This document shows, piece by piece, positions 50,301 to 58,231 of a stretch of 60,188 bases of DNA. Under the pieces are notes generated by a model. The model ran no database searches and was not told the origin of the DNA. It worked only from the letters and a program-made list of their open reading frames with translations. Within the stretch, counting starts at the first letter, position 1; each line of letters starts with the position of its first letter. This DNA comes from a virus. Lineage: Duplodnaviria; Caudoviricetes. The DNA is taken from positions 1-60,188 of the IMG/VR virus record IMGVR_UViG_3300025108_000004, one strand, 5' to 3'. The translations under genes and the position numbers were made by a program.

Positions 50301-53300
50301 CTGCCCAAACTCTTCACGACCTTCTTTGGTGAGTGGTTTCCCAACAGTTTTTTGTATGCGCCCTAGTACACGCATGTCATCCTGCACACCGTCATGAGTG
50401 CTTTCCATAGCAAGTATGTTTGCATCTCGGAACTCAGGTGCAGGAGCAATGATCTCGTTAATTAGCGCGTCAACCTTAGTCATAGCGGAGTCTACGCTCT
50501 TTGCATCTCGACCAATCAAACGTCGTAGGAAGTTACCCACGCTGTTTAAGAACCGTTGTAACGCGTTAATGTTTGATCCGTCAGGATTGATACTCGCAAG
50601 TTCTGCACGGAATTGCCGATTAGACTGCGCTTCTGCCACAAACTCGTCGAGGTTCTTGGTGCCATACGCTGTACCAAGCATGTCCTTAACGTCGTTGTAA
50701 AGCGTGTTAAGTTGTTTGGTTAGTGGGTGCGAAGGTTTAGCTAACGTTGCCGAAGTCAATGCGTGGCCGACCTCGTGCAGTAACGTGTGTTGTCTAATTC
50801 CGTTAGCTGTGTTCAAGCGAATCGTGTTGGTCTTAGGGTCAAACGAACCCGCAAGGCTGTCCTTGGCAGTAGATGAGAATAGCTCGACTTTCGTATCGCC
50901 AATGTTTTCGGCAAAGGCACGGGCAAAACGTGCAACATCTTTATCGGGCGAAGCCGCTACAATTCGCAGTGCTCCTGCAATGTCTCCATCGTTCAATGCG
51001 GCAACGGCGGCGGGGTGAATTTCCATACCCAATACAACGTCTCTTGTACGAAGTTCGTAGGGCATGTCCTCGTTAAACTCATCGATAGCGGCCATAAGGC
51101 GCTTGGCACGTCTACGCTCGGCGGGAGTCATAAACGGATCATCTTGCGCGTATGTTTCTAGTTCTGCTTTTGCACGCGCTCTCTGCGTACTAGCAAGTTT
51201 TTTCGCTTCGTCTGCTTCACGTTGTTTGACAACTATATCTTCGCCAGCACGCTTTGCAGTAAGTCGGATATCCTGCATCTCAAGCTGTGCACGACGTTTT
51301 TTCATCCACAGTTGTGTGTTTTTACTTAGATTTTTTTCTGCCCATGCAACGACACGACCTGCGGGAGATCTTCCATCAGGACTTTTCGCATCGATCGTAG
51401 CACCTGTGTTCGCAAAAAACTTTTTGTCTGCTTCGGATCGACCTGTCTGCTCTTTGTCTATTGAAGTATCAACAACCAAGTCGTAAATAGCGGCGTCTAG
51501 TCCGTCAATGATACGTTCACGTCGTCCCAAGTAAGCCTCAATCGCCTTGTCTTCTACATTGTTTTTAGTGCCTACTTTTAGTTTATTGGCGACTATCTTG
51601 TTGTCGTTATCAGTTACAGGATCTGCATCATCTGAAATTGTGTTGGTGTTCGACGACGAATACCGTTTGAACGTAGATTCGTCTTTGAGATCTTTTTTCA
51701 ATGATTCGAGACGTGCACGAACCTCGGGATCATCACCCAACTTAGCTCTTTTAGGCGCTTCTTTCTTAGGCGTTGATTTAGCCTTTACTTTCTTTTTCTG
51801 TTCTGCCGGGGCCGCAGTAGTCTTAGCTTTCTGAGTAACTTGTTTACCTGTGGTAGCTTTCTCCCCCGGTTTAGTACCCGTAGGAGTTTCTAGTGTAGGT
51901 TGTTCAGCAACCGCTCCTCGTACAGGCTCTCCAACGCCTCTTCCAGTGTCTGCCACTCCTGTTCCTTCAGGTGCGATAGCGCCGGTGGTATCTGGCTGTG
52001 CAGGAGGTACTGCTCGCTCTGCCCCCACATCTGGTACAGCAGTTGGAATGCTAGCTCCACTTGGAACTTGCTGAGGTTCTGCAACTCCTGCATCTGGAAC
52101 TCCTGTCTTAGGTACTCTAGGGCCGGTCTTCGCAAATAAATCGGTTTGTTTTTCGGATGTTCCATCTAATAATCGTGCCACATTTGCACGGGCTTGTTCA
52201 CTAACCTTTTTACTCTTAGTTAAATTACGTAACCGTCGTTGTGTTTCAGGCTTGTTAACATCTTTATCAACCAAGACAGACTGCATACTCGGAGCTATAC
52301 CCAGCGTATCTAACCGTTCTTTTGTAAGTACGTCCGCTTGCGGTGCAGGTTCTTGTGTCTTAAGTGCAGGTTCTTTGAAAGGCTCACGAGTACGGCGCGG
52401 AATACCACCACGCGGTCCTATTAAAGGTTGTTCTATCTGCTTCCGTTCGGCTCGGGGTTCTTCAAGCCGCATCTCTTGTTGTTCTGGAGCAGGTGTTGGC
52501 TTAGGCATAAGCCGCTCTGATTCAGGCGTTACTTTCTGACGCTTGATTGTAGGCACTTCAGAAGAAACTTCTTGCACGCTACCATCGGGCATACGTACTT
52601 CAGTCGTACCTTTCACTCTACGACGCCCAAACATGTCACGCTGTACTTCAGTATCTTGCTCAAAACCGGGCAGTACAGGTTGCTCTTCTATTTGGTCGTC
52701 ACGTAAACCTAGTCTTCTTGCCGCTCTTCTATCTTGGCGCTCTTTACGATCTACTTTTGCTTGTTCAGTTTGTCGTTCAGCGGTAAACGCGTCGATCTGT
52801 TCGTCTTGCGCTCGTACCCTTGCGCGTTCTTCTGGCGACATATCAGCGGTTAGTCTTTCGTCGAGTAACTCAGTAGGTACCCGAGCAGAGCCTCTACGCT
52901 CCCTATCTAAAATAGCTTCTTGTCTTTTTTGTTGTTCTTGCTGTACAGCGGCTTCACGTGCTTCACGTTCTTTACGCCTAGCTTCTTCTACTATCTGCGC
53001 CGGAACTTCCTGCACACTGCCATCAGGCATACGCACTTGCACTAATTCGTCAGGGCGAGCGGGTGCGGGCAAGCCTAATAACTGCTGTTCTTCTACAATT
53101 TCTTCTTCGGTTGCAGGTGATTCTTCAGTTGCCGGTGCACCACGAGATTTACCTCGTGTAAACAACTCAACAATACCTTGCAGGATTGCACCTGATCCTG
53201 CGCCGATTGCACCCTCTTCAAGGACACCTGCGTCTATAAGCTCGCGCTCAACGTTATAACCACGCTCGTTAAGGTTCTGAAGAATACCTGCGGCGGCTTC

Positions 53301-54077
53301 TTGTATACCTTCTCCGACTCCTGTCCTTCCGGTCCTACCCAAAGCTGTTTTTGGCTCTTGAAAAAGCCTACGTATGGTACTTACGTTTTCCTTAACTTCT
53401 TCTCCGCCTTTGGCGAATAACTCACCAATTTTAGGTAGGCGTCTGAATATTCGAGTAAGAGGAACTACTTCTAAAGATCCTATGGCGGCACCGCGTAGAG
53501 TAGCTGTACCACGTTCTTCTTCAGTGGCACCAGCGGCACGAGCACGTTCACTCGCTTCACCAGCACCAGCACCGATACCTAACGCGGCGGCACCACCAAG
53601 ACCGAGTGCACCAGCAACTGGAGCCGAAACCGGTGCGGCGGCGGCAAGTAGTGCAGGGGCGGCAATACCAGCAATCGAGCCAAGGCCAGACGCTAGCTTA
53701 TACGAGATAGAATCGGGGTCACCCCCTTCAGGTCGAACGCCACTTGCGAAGTCTTGAATTCTCTTACGTGCGGCGAGTTCTTCCTCTTCCTCAAGAAGAG
53801 AAGCGGCACCGAGTGCGGCTAGTTCACCTGTACCTACAGCACCTGCACCAAGGCCAGCCCCAATGTTTTCTAGGAGGCCGGGTTTGCTATACCTAAAGTT
53901 AGAGGCACCTTTTAGGGATTCTAAATACCTACGTCGTACATCTTCAGAACTTGTTTTCTCAGATCGTTGTGTTCCACCTGCTTGCCTGAGCGCCGTTTCA
54001 AGTATCTGAATATCTTCAGTGTCACCGTCACGCCGAGCAATTTCATACGCACGTTGTAGTTGTTCTATAGTTGCCAT
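47349..54077 (-). CDS. Large internal virion/ejection protein with a zincin-like HExxH domain and PLxRxG-type C-terminal region
   Basis: 2242 aa; Gly/Ala hydrophobic N-terminal segments; AGSFDP...IRL...TLLHEVGH...EFVAE; YFPLIREGKY. Confidence 0.75.
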   Translation of the reverse strand: MATIEQLQRAYEIARRDGDTEDIQILETALRQAGGTQRSEKTSSEDVRRRYLESLKGASNFRYSKPGLLENIGAGLGAGAVGTGELAALGAASLLEEEEELAARKRIQDFASGVRPEGGDPDSISYKLASGLGSIAGIAAPALLAAAAPVSAPVAGALGLGGAAALGIGAGAGEASERARAAGATEEERGTATLRGAAIGSLEVVPLTRIFRRLPKIGELFAKGGEEVKENVSTIRRLFQEPKTALGRTGRTGVGEGIQEAAAGILQNLNERGYNVERELIDAGVLEEGAIGAGSGAILQGIVELFTRGKSRGAPATEESPATEEEIVEEQQLLGLPAPARPDELVQVRMPDGSVQEVPAQIVEEARRKEREAREAAVQQEQQKRQEAILDRERRGSARVPTELLDERLTADMSPEERARVRAQDEQIDAFTAERQTEQAKVDRKERQDRRAARRLGLRDDQIEEQPVLPGFEQDTEVQRDMFGRRRVKGTTEVRMPDGSVQEVSSEVPTIKRQKVTPESERLMPKPTPAPEQQEMRLEEPRAERKQIEQPLIGPRGGIPRRTREPFKEPALKTQEPAPQADVLTKERLDTLGIAPSMQSVLVDKDVNKPETQRRLRNLTKSKKVSEQARANVARLLDGTSEKQTDLFAKTGPRVPKTGVPDAGVAEPQQVPSGASIPTAVPDVGAERAVPPAQPDTTGAIAPEGTGVADTGRGVGEPVRGAVAEQPTLETPTGTKPGEKATTGKQVTQKAKTTAAPAEQKKKVKAKSTPKKEAPKRAKLGDDPEVRARLESLKKDLKDESTFKRYSSSNTNTISDDADPVTDNDNKIVANKLKVGTKNNVEDKAIEAYLGRRERIIDGLDAAIYDLVVDTSIDKEQTGRSEADKKFFANTGATIDAKSPDGRSPAGRVVAWAEKNLSKNTQLWMKKRRAQLEMQDIRLTAKRAGEDIVVKQREADEAKKLASTQRARAKAELETYAQDDPFMTPAERRRAKRLMAAIDEFNEDMPYELRTRDVVLGMEIHPAAVAALNDGDIAGALRIVAASPDKDVARFARAFAENIGDTKVELFSSTAKDSLAGSFDPKTNTIRLNTANGIRQHTLLHEVGHALTSATLAKPSHPLTKQLNTLYNDVKDMLGTAYGTKNLDEFVAEAQSNRQFRAELASINPDGSNINALQRFLNSVGNFLRRLIGRDAKSVDSAMTKVDALINEIIAPAPEFRDANILAMESTHDGVQDDMRVLGRIQKTVGKPLTKEGREEFGQSFVDTVAGLGKEYGSIPLKFLDMSGFVDAARATNAKLGAVAQKTLVAMEEMRGSTARRIDSTREAIKPIERWFDNATPEATKLFNDIIYSREYGATIFQVDPTLTRAEAEKKYKGEPDDDGNNLWEIWQENQKRWKELGQLDPKGHKVYKDMQAFYRKQFSELKEVIFSRIETMADGDTETIAKLKTEFEKKLFDKKGMDVYFPLIREGKYKIGFRYKPGKTPKGQDNFVFEMHQNRSDWLAQLREIESNPDMELVRSSDNESFVNYAKEAPSTSFVNQTLKMMAGKNVNEDVQEAFLRMVVSTLPESSLARSLQSRKNTAGHESDALYAIKTKGFDLGNQVEKLKFSGIMQNVLSDLDKVGRTELEKFDPREEWKLTQSIDDLQGRIKFAMSGAKYKEIEGFVRVANQLAFVGTIGFNTASAIVQTAQIPMVVMPMMMAKYGVRPTLQAMYRAMRIVMSARNHRPETMDFSKLSGKYFAEKATDLADKFSPAYGIDAYYKRVGDDFVVREDLDLTPDHIKELKEFAPLVKRASERGHLNRSFIADAIGLLEGARAQRNDTMGAKLLSGLDTGTAISAMMFNQAERFNRQVSMLMSYDLAKQEAAKTGKRVDADTLIENAFRETHQLNGGSTLETAPPVVRANIGRVAGMYKTYGMRMYTTMFNVGATAFGVYNNILKEQGVPDAEIKQRIKIARNQAFGLLGSSVFFSGIHGVPLYGAIQLAHDLFASDEDDDFNTKVRNYVGEGWYKGAVNEALSEAGVGIDVASRIRLTGLLLQTNRYNNDPSLEETFMYYAGGPAWSVFKRVMRGKDDILEGEFQRGLESILPVGISNAYKVLDRYQEDGGVYSRRGDAIYDDITGGEMVGQFFGFAPSEYTRIQEDNQRIKRIDNALSRKMSKLRKQYYLAHRQGDFSTLIDIKQKIREHNRNHPSFKITPDSIKRSMRQHMKTSSQMHNGVALSPNMRDVMSAQLEAERNGFIGLPD

Positions 54078-54089
54078 AATGCGTGCTCG

Positions 54090-56396
54090 TTATGGGTTAT
54101 AAGGTTGTAAGTATTCGGGCGTTCCTTTTCGTAGTTGTCTTTGCACCGCGTCATTTACTTGTTGTCCGCTTGTACCTGAACTTACACCTAACGTAGATTG
54201 TATTTGAGAACCTAACTGGTTGATTGTATTTGTTAAACTCTGGCGTAGGTCGTACATTCTAGGATGCGCTATGATAAATTCCTGTCTAACACGCTCAATC
54301 TCTACCACACGACGCTCACGTAAACTTTTCAATCTGTCTTGGTCGGGGTTAGATCTTTTTAATTCTTGAGCTATTTCTTTATCTATCCTTCCAACTCCCG
54401 GATCAGCTTGTATCGCTTCGGCTTGCAGGGTGTTAAATTGCTCTGACACCGCTTCTAGGTCGTCACGTGCGTCGTTTTGTACATCCCTTAACACGTCACC
54501 ACGATCAATACGTGCCTGTATTCTGTTTTGTGCTTGCTCTGCAAGGAGTTCAATTTCTGATATTTTTCGCTCGTAATTAGCGATATTAACCGACATCTTG
54601 TTAGTAGCATCGGTTCTACGAGCGGCGAGTTCTGCTTCATCGTATTGCGATAACGTCTGCATTGCGTTGTTGATGATGTTGGCTTGGCGTGTTGTCGCTG
54701 TATCACCTCTAGCCTGAGCCGATTGAATAAGTGTAGTGTTGGCGTTCTGTATTTCTGCAACCATCTCGTTGCGTTTGATCTGCCGTGCACGAACACCACG
54801 TTCTTGAGCACGTCCTAAGTTCATAGAAGCCGCGCCAGCGCCAGCTAATGTAGAACTACCACGACCTGCGGCACCCAGTAAGAACGCTTTCAAACGATCA
54901 CGTCGGAACTTATCAGGATCAGTCTGAGCTCTATCAATATCCTCAAGCGCCTTCAAACCTGCTCGTCGTTCTGCGTCTTTAGCTTTGATACCCAACTGTT
55001 CATACGCCGTATCATAGGCTTTTTTACCCACTTCTTCAGGCGACTTCAGCGATTCTGGATCCATACCAAAACGTTTTAGGCGCTCTATACCTACAACGTC
55101 TGTACCGGTTCTATCTACAGGTGTGTACTCGACCGGATCTACTTCCTTAAGAGCAGTTTCGAGGTCAAATCCTTGTGGTTTAGCGGGTGCCGTATCACCT
55201 CCGCTTGGCGCACCGCCTGTACCTGCTGGTACATTCTGTTGGCCTCTAAATATAAGCGGTGTATCACTTGGCACATCTTTCGGTTCGGGTTTAGGTTGAT
55301 CTGCTACTGCCGCGATGCCTTCGGCACGAGGTGGCTGTACTTGAGACGTACCAGTAGTTCCTTTCGTAACTGCCGTAATGCCTTGAGGCGACTTACCAGA
55401 GCCAAATTGCCCTTCTAGTGACGTCATTCCGGGGCCATACTCGTCGTACATGCTCATCTCATTTTGAGACAACGGAGTACCTGCAAGGTATTTTTCTCTG
55501 ATCTTATCTAATGAACCTTGCCGCATGTATTCAAGCATACTGGGCGCTGTTTCTGCCGCAGGTAAAACTACAAGACTGCCATCAGGGTTTAATTGGCGTC
55601 TAACTCCATCTACTTCTGTAAACTTAGGTGCGACTTTTTTAGCAGTAGTCTTATCTTCTTTGGGGCGGCGCGTTTCTGTCGGTCCTAATAATTGAGAGTA
55701 ATCAGTTACATCTATTTTGGCACCGGGGCTTACAGGCTCTGCTTCTTTAGAACTAGGTTTATCTATCGCCTGTACAGGTTGTGCTCGTTCTCGCTGTCCC
55801 GTAACAACGACCTCTTCCATTGGTCCGGCAGGTGCTGTTGCTAGCCTTTTACTACGAACTTGTTGAATAATTTGATCAGCGGCTTGCGGAAGTAGCCCAA
55901 GTTTTTTTACTTCTTCTCTGATTTGTTCATCAGTAAGATTTTGATCTATAAGGTATTGAATCTGTTCTTCTTGTGTTCTTGGAGGTTTGACTAAATTACC
56001 TTCTTGGAAAGCAACAATACCACCTGCCTGCATACGTTGAGGCTGTTGAGGACGTTGTCCTTGTTGAGGCATCAAAGCGCCTAGACCTTGCGGTGCAGGG
56101 CGACGTTGCGCCATCTGCTGTCGATTCTTTGCTGTTTGGAGTACACCACCAAGCTGTTGAGCTACATCCTGTGCTGTACGACCAAATACCTCTTGCTCAC
56201 GCTGTTGCTTGATCGTGGCAGGGTTAGTCTGCATAGCCATCGCAATGTTTCTGCGCTCTTCATCCATACCCTTTTTAATTTTTTGTAGAGCAAGCAGGTC
56301 TACAAGGTCTTTCGACATTGAATACTTTTTTTGTAACGCTTGAGGATTACTGCTGTAGGCATTAACGCGCGAGTTAATTTCTCTATCGATAGACAC
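54090..56396 (-). CDS. Putative internal virion/ejection protein
   Basis: 768 aa, helical and Q-rich; MQAGGIVAFQEG motif; GTG start abuts the upstream stop. Confidence 0.65.
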   Translation of the reverse strand: MSIDREINSRVNAYSSNPQALQKKYSMSKDLVDLLALQKIKKGMDEERRNIAMAMQTNPATIKQQREQEVFGRTAQDVAQQLGGVLQTAKNRQQMAQRRPAPQGLGALMPQQGQRPQQPQRMQAGGIVAFQEGNLVKPPRTQEEQIQYLIDQNLTDEQIREEVKKLGLLPQAADQIIQQVRSKRLATAPAGPMEEVVVTGQRERAQPVQAIDKPSSKEAEPVSPGAKIDVTDYSQLLGPTETRRPKEDKTTAKKVAPKFTEVDGVRRQLNPDGSLVVLPAAETAPSMLEYMRQGSLDKIREKYLAGTPLSQNEMSMYDEYGPGMTSLEGQFGSGKSPQGITAVTKGTTGTSQVQPPRAEGIAAVADQPKPEPKDVPSDTPLIFRGQQNVPAGTGGAPSGGDTAPAKPQGFDLETALKEVDPVEYTPVDRTGTDVVGIERLKRFGMDPESLKSPEEVGKKAYDTAYEQLGIKAKDAERRAGLKALEDIDRAQTDPDKFRRDRLKAFLLGAAGRGSSTLAGAGAASMNLGRAQERGVRARQIKRNEMVAEIQNANTTLIQSAQARGDTATTRQANIINNAMQTLSQYDEAELAARRTDATNKMSVNIANYERKISEIELLAEQAQNRIQARIDRGDVLRDVQNDARDDLEAVSEQFNTLQAEAIQADPGVGRIDKEIAQELKRSNPDQDRLKSLRERRVVEIERVRQEFIIAHPRMYDLRQSLTNTINQLGSQIQSTLGVSSGTSGQQVNDAVQRQLRKGTPEYLQPYNP

Positions 56397-57242
56397 TTAT
56401 TCGCCCTCTTTCTTTTCTTCGCCGCCAAAACCTAACAATTCTAAAAACTCTAATATGCCGCCTGCACCACCCATGAGATTACTCGCAGTGCTAGGTTGAG
56501 CATAGGAAATTTGTTGAGCTTCGAGCGGCAAACCCTGAAGAAGCGACTGCATGTACTGCACCTGCTTGTATGGGAAGTCTCGCTCTTCTTCAAACTGCAA
56601 GCGATCAGCCATAACGCCTTCTTGTTCGATGGCACGTTGAATATCTCCACCACGCTGTTGTGCGGCAAGCGCCTCAAGACCGTATCGATTTGCGTACTCT
56701 TGTGCTTGCTGACCTGCCCGCTGTTCGATATTAAACTGATCTCGCCCGCGCTCGAATGCGTCAGCATAGGCTTTACCTGTAGCCCCGGTCATTTTATCGA
56801 GCATAGCGCGTGTTAACTCAGTATCAGCCAACTGTTGCCTAGAACCTCCAAATGCACCCGCACGAGTAAGTTTACCCGCCTGCGCTTGACGTGAAATATC
56901 AGTTTGTCGGCGTAGTTCGTCTAATTGTGGGTTAAGTACGCCCTGAATATAGGGGTTAATGTACTGGTCCATGGTGCCTTGGTCCGTAAACGAACCGGGC
57001 GTGAACGCACCCATCGTGTCGGGAGCCGCTAGGCCAGCAAGTCCTTGAAAGGCTTGTTGTTGTAGCCCAGACTCACCTGCTGTAAGTGGTCCTTCGTAGG
57101 CATAATAAGGTTGATCTGCCAGTGCCGCACCGCGACCAAGCATGTCGGTGACGTAAGGACCGGCGTACTGCGCTAAAGCATCAGAACTACCTGTCATTTG
57201 CCCTACCATAGGGTCGTCAATATTGATATCGCCTTCAGCCAT
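56397..57242 (-). CDS. Putative DNA-transfer (ejection) protein
   Basis: 281 aa, Q/A/G-rich (YINPYIQGV...AGAFGGSRQ...PYKQVQYMQSLLQGLP). Confidence 0.65.
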   Translation of the reverse strand: MAEGDINIDDPMVGQMTGSSDALAQYAGPYVTDMLGRGAALADQPYYAYEGPLTAGESGLQQQAFQGLAGLAAPDTMGAFTPGSFTDQGTMDQYINPYIQGVLNPQLDELRRQTDISRQAQAGKLTRAGAFGGSRQQLADTELTRAMLDKMTGATGKAYADAFERGRDQFNIEQRAGQQAQEYANRYGLEALAAQQRGGDIQRAIEQEGVMADRLQFEEERDFPYKQVQYMQSLLQGLPLEAQQISYAQPSTASNLMGGAGGILEFLELLGFGGEEKKEGE

Positions 57243-57250
57243 GTGTCACC

Positions 57251-58231
57251 TCACGCGGGGAGCATGTTACGGGCGGCTATTTCTTTGCCCTGTTCTTTGT
57301 TACCTGTACGCTCTTTGCGTACACGCGCCATCATCTGTTCTAGGACTTTCGCTCCTGCATCGGAGTTGCCGTTTCCTAAGTGACTGACAACATCCGCAGG
57401 GATAACAAACTCGCCGTCACTAAGTGCCGCAGGTTGCTTGCCATCAATAGTAGCAGGTACCTTGTCTGCCATGCCATCGGTATTGCCGTTTAAATACGTG
57501 CCTTTTTTGAGTGCAGTAATGCCGCCACGTGCGTATGAACCATCCTGACCGGGCGGAAGTTGACCTACTGGATCATCTGTTGGTTCTGGTTCTGGCTCTG
57601 GTTGCGGGGGTGTGTAGTTGTTCGTAGGCATTGGTCCAGCCATCAACGGTAAAGCACCGCTACGTTTTGCACGCTCTTCTCTAGCAAGATTACTTAGATT
57701 ACGACGCAACAAGTCAGAAGACTGTTGATCTTGGCGCGTTCGAGCGGCGGCTATACCTGTACTATCTATGGCCTTATCTTCTCCCATATCTCTCCCAGTA
57801 GACGCGTACTCGATATCAGTAAAGTAACGACGTCCACCACTTCCGGGGCGACGATTAGGATCATACATTAACGGCAATACACGTCCTGTACTTCCTACGT
57901 CTCCTGCCGGTGTACCCATTGGCCTAACTGTCTGGTTAATTTGTTCTATACCGGTAGCAACGGGCACTTGCCTACGCATCGCTTGGTATTCGGGGATACC
58001 TCCTGCGTAACCAGTCTGCGGTATTTTTGGATCCATGAGGCCGGATTGATTGAGTGCATAGCTACCTAGCAATGAAGCTATCCCACGACCACTATCAGTG
58101 TCGGTGAAGTAATCTAAAAGATTACCAAGAAACCCTCGGTCACCGCCTGCCATGTCGAGGATGTCGTCCATATCGATGATGTCATCGTCATCCCCAAACA
58201 TACTGTCAAAAAAGTCGGAAAAAAGGCCCAT
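57251..58231 (-). CDS. Putative internal virion protein
   Basis: C-terminal YARGG...DGMADKVPA...LSDGEFVIPADVV domain. Confidence 0.65.
   Translation of the reverse strand: MGLFSDFFDSMFGDDDDIIDMDDILDMAGGDRGFLGNLLDYFTDTDSGRGIASLLGSYALNQSGLMDPKIPQTGYAGGIPEYQAMRRQVPVATGIEQINQTVRPMGTPAGDVGSTGRVLPLMYDPNRRPGSGGRRYFTDIEYASTGRDMGEDKAIDSTGIAAARTRQDQQSSDLLRRNLSNLAREERAKRSGALPLMAGPMPTNNYTPPQPEPEPEPTDDPVGQLPPGQDGSYARGGITALKKGTYLNGNTDGMADKVPATIDGKQPAALSDGEFVIPADVVSHLGNGNSDAGAKVLEQMMARVRKERTGNKEQGKEIAARNMLPA

Noticed and set aside
47349-54077. N4-like virion RNA polymerase reading the palindromes as hairpin promoters
   Set aside because: I could not recognise single-subunit or DxDxD-type RNA polymerase motifs, and the early operon has a sigma70 promoter. 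A structure search would be needed to exclude it fully.
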